Of a stretch of 64,000 bases of DNA, positions 29,999-37,622 are shown in pieces. Origin of the DNA: a bacterium (GTDB lineage: Bacteria; Chloroflexota; Anaerolineae; Caldilineales; Caldilineaceae); contig WGMT01000060.1 in NCBI GenBank assembly GCA_016124945.1, forward strand, positions 1,135-65,134, given 5' to 3'. Numbering within the stretch: the stretch's first letter is position 1; every line of letters starts with the position of its first letter. The translations under genes and the position numbers were made by a program. The notes below the pieces were generated by a model. That model made no database searches. It saw nothing but the letters and a program-made list of their open reading frames with translations, and was not told where the DNA came from.

Positions 29999-30103
29999 AG
30001 GATGTCTCCTTATTTTCGATCCAGAGGTAGATCCACAGGTTACACAGATTTTCAGAGGATCTTTGTAATCTTCTGAATCCTTTTAATCCGTGAAATCTGT
30101 GAC

Positions 30104-30218
30104 TCCACTGCAAAAAGACCTTTTTCACTGCAAAGAACACAAAGATCACAAAGAAATAGAGTGGAAATCTTTGTGTTCTCTGCGTTCTTTGTGGTTGATT
30201 CCTGCTTTTTGCAGTGGA
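30104..30218 (-). repeat. MITE-like palindromic element, copy 1 (115 bp), bounded by 14-bp inverted repeats TCCACTGCAAAAAG / CTTTTTGCAGTGGA
   Basis: Its reverse complement matches 52867-53034, including an identical roughly 53-bp core ATCAACCACAAAGAACGCAGAGAACACAAAGATTTCCACTCTATTTCTTTGTG. It is nested inside an outer 12-bp inverted repeat, GTAGATCCACAG (30027-30038) and its complement (30224-30235). That outer repeat contains the GNAT stop codon. Confidence 0.85.
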
Positions 30219-30231
30219 CTCATCTGTGGAT

Positions 30232-30756
30232 CTACAGGATGCGCGCCATCAGCAGATCGTCTTGCATGACGCCGTTGTGGAAAAGCACCTGCGGTTCGAC
30301 GCCGTAGACCTGGAAGCCGCAGCGCAAGTAGCAGCGGATCGCGCCGCCGTTGGTAGAAACGATGGCCAACTTGACCACACGGACGTTGTTCTCCCGTGCC
30401 CAGCCGATGCACGCTTCGAGCATCTCCTCGGCGATGTGGCGTCCGCGCCAGGACGGCTGCACGTAGACACCCCAGATCAGCGCGCCATGTTCGATCTTGG
30501 GCGACATGCCGCGACGGATGCCGCACATGCCGATGAGGTTGTCTCCGTGAGCGACGAAGTAGAGAGCGCTGTGGCTGCCGGTGGCGGCGATGCGTCCTTC
30601 CCAGAAAGTCATCGGTTCGGCTTCGTTGGTGGCGTAATCGGCCAGAAAGGCTTCGGGGTGGGCGCGCAGCGCTTCCAGGCGCAGTTCACGGAAGGCAGGC
30701 GCATCGGTCAACTGGGTGGGGCGGATGGTGATGGTGTGGTCGGTATAAATAGCCAC
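30232..30756 (-). CDS. GNAT-family N-acetyltransferase
   Basis: ITIRPTQLTDAPAFRELRLEALRAHPEAF...VYVQPSWRGRHIAEEML. The likely start is GTG 30756, overlapping the upstream TAG by 1 nt. The ORF is open to 30804. Confidence 0.8.
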   Translation of the reverse strand: MAIYTDHTITIRPTQLTDAPAFRELRLEALRAHPEAFLADYATNEAEPMTFWEGRIAATGSHSALYFVAHGDNLIGMCGIRRGMSPKIEHGALIWGVYVQPSWRGRHIAEEMLEACIGWARENNVRVVKLAIVSTNGGAIRCYLRCGFQVYGVEPQVLFHNGVMQDDLLMARIL

Positions 30757-31001
30757 TAAACGTTCACATGCTCCACAGAATCCTCGAACAGTTCGTTCAC
30801 CCATCCATTCAAACTCTTATTTTGCAGCTTGGCCTGAACGTATAGCTTCCGATGAAGTTCGGGAGAGATTCTCACTGTGAACTTTCCAGAAAACGGACGT
30901 TCAGGCTCTTCGCCGCGTTCTGCGCAGAATTCTATATAATCTTCAATTATGATACCAAAAACTGGTGTCACAAAACAAGATCTGAGGAAAAAACGTTCCA
31001 C
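30756..31001 (-). pseudogene. HicB-family (RHH) antitoxin-like gene, N-terminally truncated or degraded
   Basis: The C-terminal two thirds match the HicB/COG4226 pattern (DYIEFCAERGEEPERPFSGKFTVRISPELHRKLYVQAKLQNKSLNGWVNELF). The ORF starts at GTG with no conserved N-terminal half. An N-terminal-like remnant (..YDSGTFFPQIL..) is visible in another frame upstream. Confidence 0.5.
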
Positions 31002-31273
31002 TATCGTAGCTGCACGCTATCAGCGGTTCGTGCTTGACGAAATCACCTACATTGGAACGAGATCTCGTCTTCAATGAACCGCACGCTGGTTGAACATTAA
31101 GATTTTAATCAGGCAACCGTAGCCGCTGCTTTTAGCTGCGGTTCTCTCTGGATGGGAAGCCGTGCGGTTAAAAACCGCACCTACGTCTTACCAGGTTATT
31201 TTCTAAATCATCAAGTAGCGTGCAGCTACGCAAGAGGATGTTTCGTCCTCTACCCACGCATCACGGATTACGC

Positions 31274-31308
31274 ATCACGAATCACGAATCACGAATCACG
31301 AATCACGC
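31274..31308. repeat. Heptamer tandem repeat ATCACGA x5
   Basis: Four perfect copies and one variant, preceded by the related ATCACGGATTACGC. The TGA stop of the GH2 gene (31303-31305) lies inside the array. Confidence 0.9.
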
Positions 31309-33801
31309 AAACGTGTCACTCAATGAACTCACCGTCAACGCGGACTTGAATTCGTCCGCCGTCATCGCCTGCGCAGGTGACACGATGATCTGCTTCTGCG
31401 CGCCAGGACGCAGGTGCACGAAGTTGTCGCTGTAGCCGGCGTCGTAATCGCCCAGTTGCAGCCAGCACCAGAGCGCTGGCTTGTCCGTGCGCAGGGTGAC
31501 GGCGTAGCGTCCGTCGCCCTGCGCGGTGACATCCGTCTCGATATGCGGTGTGGACAGTTCCAGGTGCTTTGGCCGCGCAAAGTGGACGAGATTGGTGGAG
31601 ACGATCTCACCGTCCACTACCAGTTCGAGCCAGAAGAGGAGGCGACGAGCGCTGTGTTGAGCCATGGCCGCGCTGATGTCCACTGTGGTCACCGGTGTGT
31701 TCTTGCGGGCGGGGATGGCCGTCTGCGCCGTACCCTGGCCGACAACCCTCCCCGCGACGTCGGTGAGCACCCAACGTACCTCGCCGTTCAGATCATCCAT
31801 GTGATCGCTGGTGACGAAGAGGGCGACGCTGCCGCTACCGGTCTTTTCGTCAATCTCCTCCACGGCGGAGACGAGCACCGGCTCGAAGAAGTGGCGTGCC
31901 ATGTAGTGTAGCGCCTTCCACCGCCCCAACGAGTCGATGGACGACCAACTGGCTACGGGCCAGCAGTCGTTGATCTGCCAGTAGAGCGTGCCCATCCCCT
32001 GTGGCATGGATCGCCGCCAATGTTCCACGGCGTACTTAATCGCCATCCCCTGCAAAATTTGAGAGAGCCACAGCGTGCGGTCAAACGAGGTGGGCAGGCG
32101 GAACCATTCGAGCATGTAGTGGATAATGGTGCTGTTGCCGATACCGCTACGCTGATGGTGCTCCATCACATAGCTGGTGACGTTACGATCTTCGGGCAGG
32201 GTGAAGGTACGCACAGTGCGCGGTTCGGGGAAGGATTGGAAGCCGAACTCGCTGTTGAAGCGGTGCTCGCAGGTGCGGTAGAACTCGAAGGGTTGCCGAC
32301 CATGCCAGACGCTCCAGATGTGGGCGTCGCCGGATCGTGGATCGTTGAAGTTGCGCCGATCCCCTACCGGCGTGTGTGGGCTGGACGGCCAGTAGTCGGT
32401 TTCGGGATCGAGGCTATGGACGATTTGGGGCAGCAGCTCGTCGTAGAGGCGGCTGTAGTCTTCCCAGCTCATGGTGCGGTCGGTCCACTCGTCGCCGACG
32501 AGACCCTGCTCCAGTTCGTTGTTGCCGCACCAGAGGGCGATGCTGGCGTGGTGGCGCAGACGGCGCACGTTGTCCTCGAATTCCTGGGCAACGTTGGCCA
32601 GGTAGGCATCGTCGAAGGTGGGGTAGGTGGCGCAGCCGAACATAAAATCCTGCCAGAGGCAGATGCCCAGTTCGTCGGCCAGATCGTAGAAGAGATCGGG
32701 TTCGTAGATGCCGCCACCCCAGACACGCAGCATGTTCATGTTGGCGGCGACGGCGTCGTTGAGCAGACGGGTGTAGTCGGCGCGGGTGAGTCGATCCAGG
32801 AAGGTGTCTGCCGGGATCCAGTTGGCACCCTTGGCGAAGAAGCGCACGCCGTTGACGGCGAAACAGAAGCTCTCGCCCCACTGATCCAGCTCACGTACCA
32901 CGCGCAGTGTGCGCAACCCAATGCGCTTTTCGTCGACGTCGAGGACGTCACCGGCGTTGTCGGTTAGTTCAACGCGGACGGTGTAGAGCGGCTGCTTGCC
33001 CATGCCGTTGGGCCACCACAACTGTGGATCGGCGATGGTCATACGCAGTTCGGCGTTGTCGGTGGTGAGTTCTTCTTCAGATTGGGCCACGGTCTGGCCG
33101 TCCAACGTCACCGTGACGCGCACGATGCGCTCGTCCGCGGTGACGGAGTCGAGCACGACGCGCACAGTCAGGTCTACGGCTTCGTCACGGTTATCCTGCA
33201 AAATGTGGACGTCGGCCAGCCGCGCATTGCTGAAAGCGACGAGTTCGATGTCGCGCCAGATGCCGCTGGTGACACACATCGGGCCCCAGTCCCAGCCAAA
33301 GTTGCACTGTTCTTTGCGCAAATAGTTGCCGCCGGGCAGTTTGTGATCGTTGACGCCCCAGGCGGGCAGGTTACGCTCGGCCAGTTTGGCGGTGACGTAA
33401 GGCATAGGCGCAGCGAAGTAGACCTCGATGTAGTTCTCGTCACCGCTACCACGGTTCAGGATCGACTTAACGTCGAATTCCCAAATGCGGAACATGTTGT
33501 CGGTGCGCCCCACTTCCACGCCGTTGACGGTAACACGGGCCAGAGTGTCGAGTCCTTTACAGCGCAACAGGACATGTTCCTCGCCCAGCAAGGCCGGATC
33601 CACGTCGAAGCGCCGACGGTAGATCCAATCGGTCTCGCCGATCCAGAAAAGTTTGAGTTCGTTTTCGCGGTAATAGGGATCCGGAATCTGATCTGCGGCC
33701 AGCAACGCCGTATGCACACACCCTGGCACCGTCGCCGGGATCGGGCTTTCCTGCCCCGGTTTGGAAAGCTGCCACTCGCCGTTGAGAGAAAGAATCTGCA
33801 T
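31303..33801 (-). CDS. Glycoside hydrolase family 2 beta-mannosidase
   Basis: MQILSLNGEWQL...VPGCVHTALL...IPDPYYRENE..., WCGNNE (acid/base region) and NSEFGFQSFP (nucleophile region). ATG 33801 has an AAGGGGA Shine-Dalgarno; the ORF is open to 33849. Confidence 0.9.
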   Translation of the reverse strand: MQILSLNGEWQLSKPGQESPIPATVPGCVHTALLAADQIPDPYYRENELKLFWIGETDWIYRRRFDVDPALLGEEHVLLRCKGLDTLARVTVNGVEVGRTDNMFRIWEFDVKSILNRGSGDENYIEVYFAAPMPYVTAKLAERNLPAWGVNDHKLPGGNYLRKEQCNFGWDWGPMCVTSGIWRDIELVAFSNARLADVHILQDNRDEAVDLTVRVVLDSVTADERIVRVTVTLDGQTVAQSEEELTTDNAELRMTIADPQLWWPNGMGKQPLYTVRVELTDNAGDVLDVDEKRIGLRTLRVVRELDQWGESFCFAVNGVRFFAKGANWIPADTFLDRLTRADYTRLLNDAVAANMNMLRVWGGGIYEPDLFYDLADELGICLWQDFMFGCATYPTFDDAYLANVAQEFEDNVRRLRHHASIALWCGNNELEQGLVGDEWTDRTMSWEDYSRLYDELLPQIVHSLDPETDYWPSSPHTPVGDRRNFNDPRSGDAHIWSVWHGRQPFEFYRTCEHRFNSEFGFQSFPEPRTVRTFTLPEDRNVTSYVMEHHQRSGIGNSTIIHYMLEWFRLPTSFDRTLWLSQILQGMAIKYAVEHWRRSMPQGMGTLYWQINDCWPVASWSSIDSLGRWKALHYMARHFFEPVLVSAVEEIDEKTGSGSVALFVTSDHMDDLNGEVRWVLTDVAGRVVGQGTAQTAIPARKNTPVTTVDISAAMAQHSARRLLFWLELVVDGEIVSTNLVHFARPKHLELSTPHIETDVTAQGDGRYAVTLRTDKPALWCWLQLGDYDAGYSDNFVHLRPGAQKQIIVSPAQAMTADEFKSALTVSSLSDTFA

Positions 33802-33914
33802 AGACACAATTCCCCTTGTGTGGAAAGATGAACTATCAAACGACTCCATTGTAGCGCACTTCAGCCCGGTTGCAGCCCGCCTGTAGATTAGGCAAGGATT
33901 CCAAATCTGCCCGA

Positions 33915-34008
33915 AATAGAACGCGGATGGAGCGGATTGGGCGGATCTAGGCGGATGATTTTATTTCATCCGTCAGATCCGCCCAATCCGCTCCATCCGC
34001 GTTCTATT
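33915..34008. repeat. Long perfect palindrome (34-bp arms, 26-nt partly self-pairing spacer) built from GCGGAT motifs phased every 9-10 bp
   Basis: AATAGAACGCGGATGGAGCGGATTGGGCGGATCT (33915-33948) is the reverse complement of 33975-34008. Lies downstream of gcvP and upstream of the GH2 gene. Confidence 0.9.
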
Positions 34009-34123
34009 CTGCCTCAGCACCTATCTCGAATTTTGGTGCTCGATGGGTTCTGACCGCCGCTCTTGCCGGTGTTGATATACGAATTCAAGCGGTCATAACC
34101 CATCCTACGTGGCTCGGCACGAT

Positions 34124-34163
34124 CCCTGTCCCCAATCCCCAATCCCCTGTCCCCAATCCCCAA
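34124..34163. repeat. Tandem repeat of about 20 bp (CCCTGTCCCCAATCCCCAAT x2), i.e. reiterated CCCCAAT heptamers
   Basis: Read directly. The array ends 1 nt from the gcvP TAG (34165-34167) and is flanked by direct CCTACGT copies. Confidence 0.85.
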
Positions 34164-34164
34164 C

Positions 34165-37095
34165 CTACGTATACGCCTCAATCGGCAGGCATGCACACAC
34201 CAGATTGCGGTCGCCGTAGACATTGTCGACGCGGGCGACATGGGGCCAGAATTTGTTCTCTTTGACCCAGGACGCGGGGAAGGCGGCCTGCTCGCGGCTG
34301 TAAGCACGATCCCATGTGTCCGCGGTGACGACGGCGGCGGTGTGGGGCGCGTGGTGCAGTGGGCTGTCCACCGCGGCGATTTCGCCACGCTCGATGGCGC
34401 GGATCTCGTCGCGGATGGCGATCATGGCGTCGCAGAAGCGATCCAATTCGTCCTTCGATTCGCTTTCGGTGGGCTCGATCATGAGCGTCCCCGCCACTGG
34501 GAAGGACATGGTGGGGGCGTGGAAGCCGAAGTCCATCAAGCGCTTGGCGATGTCTTCCACTTCGACGCCGAATTCCTTAAAGGGGCGGGCATCGATGATG
34601 CATTCGTGCGCCACGCGGCCGTTCTGCCCTTTGTAGAGGACGGGGAAGTGCGGATCAAGGCGGGCGGCGATATAGTTGGCGTTGAGGATGGCGATCTTCG
34701 TGGCTTCGGTGAGGCCGCTGCCACCCATCATGGCGATGTAGACGTAGGAGATGGGCAGGATGCTGGCGCTGCCCCACGGCGCCGAGGAGACGAGACCGAT
34801 GGCGTCCTCGCCGCCGACCTTGTCCACGACGGGATGGCCGGGCAGGAAGGGAGCCAGGTGCGCCGCCACGCCGATAGGCCCCATGCCAGGGCCGCCACCA
34901 CCGTGGGGGATGCAGAACGTCTTGTGCAGGTTGAGGTGACAGACGTCGGCGCCGAAATCGCCGGGGCGGCAGAGGCCCACCAGCGCGTTCATGTTGGCCC
35001 CGTCCATGTAGACCTGCCCACCGTTGGCGTGGATGATCTCACAGATCTCGACGATGCCCGCCTCGAAGACGCCGTGGGTCGACGGGTAGGTGACCATGAG
35101 CGCGGCCAGGTTGTCTTTGTGCTGGTCGGCCTTGGCGCGCAGATCGGCGATGTCGATGTTGCCGTGATCGTCACAACGTACCACGACGACTTCCATCCCT
35201 GCCATGATGGCGCTGGCTGGATTGGTGCCGTGCGCCGAAGACGGAATCAGGCAGATGTTGCGGTGATCGTCGCCGCGGCTGAGGTGATAGGCGCGGATCA
35301 CAAGCAGGCCGGCGTATTCGCCCTGCGAACCGGCGTTGGGCTGTAGCGAGACGGCGGCAAAGCCGGTCACCTCTTTGAGCGCGTCTTCCAATTTCTGGAA
35401 GAGTTCTCGATAGCCCATGGTCTGGTCGGCGGGGGCAAAAGGATGCAAATGGTTAAACTCTGGCCAGGTGACGGGAATCATTTCTGTGGTGGCGTTGAGT
35501 TTCATCGTACACGAGCCGAGCGGGATCATGGAATGGGCCAGAGACAGGTCGCGGCTCTGTAACTTGGTGATGTAGCGCAGCATCTCGGTCTCGGAATGGT
35601 AGGTGTTAAAGACCGGATGGGTGAGGAATTCGCTGGTGCGCGCCGCATTGCCGTAATCGAGATCGATGGCGTCGGCGGCTGCGGACAGGTCAACTTCCCC
35701 CGCGCCGAAGAGATCAAGCAGGGTACGCAGTTCGGCAACGGTGGTGGCTTCGTCCAACGAAACACCCACGCTGCCGTCGGCATTGACGCGCAGATTGACG
35801 TTGCGCGCCTTGGCTGCATCACGTAGCGCAGACTGGCTGTCGGCGTCTCCCGTGACCTTGAGCGTATCGAATACGAGACCATCGTTGACTGCGTAGCCCA
35901 ATTTGGACAGTTCACCGCGCAAGATCGAGGTAAGCAACTGCACACGGCGGGCGATGCGGGTGAGTCCTTGCGGGCCGTGGTAGACGGCATACATTGAAGC
36001 CATCACCGCCAACAGCACCTGCGCCGTGCAAATGTTGCTGGTGGCCTTTTCGCGGCGGATGTGTTGCTCACGGGTTTGCAGCGACAGGCGCATGGCCGGG
36101 TTGCCCTGCGCGTCTTTGGAGACGCCGACGAGACGACCGGGCATGGTGCGTTTGTGGGCGTCTTTGGTGGCCATGAAAGCCGCATGAGGACCGCCGTAGC
36201 CTAACGGCACGCCAAAACGTTGCGCGCTACCGATGGCCACATCCGCGCCCCATTCGCCGGGCGGGGTGAGCAGCGTCAACGCCAGCAGATCCGTGGCGAC
36301 GACGACAAGGGCGTCCACCGCATGGGCTTGGGCGCAGAATTGGGCGTAGTCGTGGATTGTGCCATCTGTCGCAGGGTATTGGATCAACACGCCGAAGACG
36401 GAGTCATCAATAACGGCGTTGCGGTGATCGCCCACGATCACGTTGATACCCAACGGTTCGGCGCGGGTACACACCAGATCAATGGTCTGTGGGTGGCAAC
36501 TTTCAGAAACGAAGAAGGTGTTTGCGTTGGAAGAGCGCTTTTGGGCACGCTGACAGAGCGTCATCGCTTCGGCGGCGGCAGTACCTTCGTCGAGCAACGA
36601 GGCGTTGGCAACGTCGAGGCCGGTGAGTTCGGCGATCATGGTCTGAAAGTTGAGCAGTGCTTCGAGCCGTCCTTGCGCAATTTCGGCCTGGTAGGGGGTA
36701 TATTGGGTGTACCAGCCGGGGTTTTCGGTGATGTTGCGCAGGATGACGGGCGGTGTCAATGTGTCGTAGTAGCCCATGCCGATGAAGGAGCGGTAGACGC
36801 GGTTGCGCCCGGCGATTTGGCGCATTTCGGTCAGCACGTCCGACTCGCCACGTGGACCGGCCAACGCCAGTGATCCCTGCATGCGGATTTTGCTGGGCAC
36901 GGCTTCGTCGATGAGCGCGTCCACCGACGGTAGCTCGAGGACGGCCAACATGGCGTCCACTTCGTCGGGGCTGGGGCCGATGTGACGCTCAACGAACTGG
37001 TCGGTGGCGTCGAGCAAAGCGGCCTGATGGCGGCGTACTTCCTTGTGGTGGCCATTGGTGCGAATTGGTGTGGCGGCTTGTGACAGACTACCCAT
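34165..37095 (-). CDS. gcvP: Glycine dehydrogenase (decarboxylating), single-chain P protein of the glycine cleavage system
   Basis: 976-aa ORF collinear with single-polypeptide GcvP. Preceded by a glycine riboswitch and an AAGGAG Shine-Dalgarno. Confidence 0.95.
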   Translation of the reverse strand: MGSLSQAATPIRTNGHHKEVRRHQAALLDATDQFVERHIGPSPDEVDAMLAVLELPSVDALIDEAVPSKIRMQGSLALAGPRGESDVLTEMRQIAGRNRVYRSFIGMGYYDTLTPPVILRNITENPGWYTQYTPYQAEIAQGRLEALLNFQTMIAELTGLDVANASLLDEGTAAAEAMTLCQRAQKRSSNANTFFVSESCHPQTIDLVCTRAEPLGINVIVGDHRNAVIDDSVFGVLIQYPATDGTIHDYAQFCAQAHAVDALVVVATDLLALTLLTPPGEWGADVAIGSAQRFGVPLGYGGPHAAFMATKDAHKRTMPGRLVGVSKDAQGNPAMRLSLQTREQHIRREKATSNICTAQVLLAVMASMYAVYHGPQGLTRIARRVQLLTSILRGELSKLGYAVNDGLVFDTLKVTGDADSQSALRDAAKARNVNLRVNADGSVGVSLDEATTVAELRTLLDLFGAGEVDLSAAADAIDLDYGNAARTSEFLTHPVFNTYHSETEMLRYITKLQSRDLSLAHSMIPLGSCTMKLNATTEMIPVTWPEFNHLHPFAPADQTMGYRELFQKLEDALKEVTGFAAVSLQPNAGSQGEYAGLLVIRAYHLSRGDDHRNICLIPSSAHGTNPASAIMAGMEVVVVRCDDHGNIDIADLRAKADQHKDNLAALMVTYPSTHGVFEAGIVEICEIIHANGGQVYMDGANMNALVGLCRPGDFGADVCHLNLHKTFCIPHGGGGPGMGPIGVAAHLAPFLPGHPVVDKVGGEDAIGLVSSAPWGSASILPISYVYIAMMGGSGLTEATKIAILNANYIAARLDPHFPVLYKGQNGRVAHECIIDARPFKEFGVEVEDIAKRLMDFGFHAPTMSFPVAGTLMIEPTESESKDELDRFCDAMIAIRDEIRAIERGEIAAVDSPLHHAPHTAAVVTADTWDRAYSREQAAFPASWVKENKFWPHVARVDNVYGDRNLVCACLPIEAYT

Positions 37096-37140
37096 CTGGA
37101 TCTCCTTCGGTCTACTCTCAGTGGCTGGTTTCAGTCAACC

Positions 37141-37176
37141 GCAACAAAAAGCGGGCATTCTCAAAGAATGCCCGCT
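37141..37176 (-). terminator. Intrinsic terminator serving as the expression platform of the glycine riboswitch
   Basis: Minus strand: GCGGGCAUUC-UUUGA-GAAUGCCCGC followed by UUUUUGUU. Lies about 45 nt upstream of the gcvP start. Confidence 0.8.
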
Positions 37177-37390
37177 GTCCCTGTCATCAACCTGAGAGAT
37201 TGACCCACAGCATTGTACTGCCGTGAACTTGCCCCGTCGGTGTCCTCGGCATATGACACCGAGTCCTTTCCAGAGTAGCCGCAGCACGACGATCCGTTTG
37301 CCTGAGAGTGTCACCGAGGGAGTCGTGGCCGCTCCACCGGCTTGCACCTTCGGCGCCCCTTTTGCAGGGATCTCTCTCGCCGCGTGTTGG
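37177..37390 (-). promoter_or_regulatory. Tandem glycine riboswitch (two aptamers)
   Basis: Minus strand. Aptamer 1: GAGAGAG...GCGCCGAAGGUGCAA...CUCUCAGGCAAA. Aptamer 2: CUCUGGAAAGGAC...CACCGACGGGGCAA...CUCUCAGGU..GACAG. These match conserved glycine-aptamer cores in the 5' leader of gcvP. Confidence 0.9.
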
Positions 37391-37413
37391 CTCTTTCGAT
37401 TGGTTGTACCCAA

Positions 37414-37442
37414 ATTATAGACGAACTCCGGCCCATAAACAA
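37414..37442 (-). promoter_or_regulatory. Sigma70-like promoter candidate for the riboswitch-gcvP transcript (TTGTTT-17 nt-TATAAT)
   Basis: On the minus strand there is a perfect TATAAT (37414-37419), a 17-nt spacer and TTGTTT (37437-42). It sits about 25 nt upstream of the first aptamer. Confidence 0.5.
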
Positions 37443-37464
37443 AGGGGGGATCTTCACATTTGGC

Positions 37465-37570
37465 AGAAATAGAAAGCGGATTGAACGGATGTAGCAGTTC
37501 GGCTGAATTGTGTAGTCAACACAAGTCAGTTTCCGTTCCGCGCAATCTACTCAATCCGCTTTCTATTTCT
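37465..37570. repeat. Long palindromic element (20-bp perfect arms, 66-nt partly paired spacer) related to the 33915-34008 palindrome
   Basis: AGAAATAGAAAGCGGATTGA (37465-37484) is the reverse complement of 37551-37570. It shares AATAGAA...AGCGGATTG and GCGGAT/ACGGAT motifs with the element downstream of gcvP. Confidence 0.85.
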
Positions 37571-37622
37571 CCTGTCGGCTCAGTCTCTCCTGTCGGCTCA
37601 GTCTCTCCTGTCGGCTCAGTCT
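37569..37622. repeat. Tandem repeat, 18-bp unit CTCCTGTCGGCTCAGTCT x3 (perfect)
   Basis: Read directly. The TGA stop of the S8 protease gene (37616-37618) lies inside the third copy. Confidence 0.9.

Noticed and set aside
32020-33831. Plus-strand ORFs of 315 aa and 249 aa.
   Set aside because: They are antisense to the GH2 beta-mannosidase gene, whose catalytic motifs are intact. They are shadow ORFs.
34124-34163. CCCCAAT heptamer repeats resemble cyanobacterial STRR1 sequences, so the window might be cyanobacterial.
   Set aside because: The gene content (SpoVS, Tat-lipoprotein TRAP receptor, PT-linker exoproteins, no photosynthesis genes) does not support this. All other arrays have unrelated units, so the resemblance is probably coincidental.
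34240-36873. Long plus-strand ORFs (34240-35346 and 36220-36873) inside the gcvP region.
   Set aside because: They are antisense shadows of gcvP, with Gly/Asp/Val/Arg-rich nonsense composition.
37135-37413. A 92-aa minus-strand ORF upstream of gcvP.
   Set aside because: It coincides with the tandem glycine riboswitch and its terminator. The conservation pattern is RNA-like, not protein-coding.
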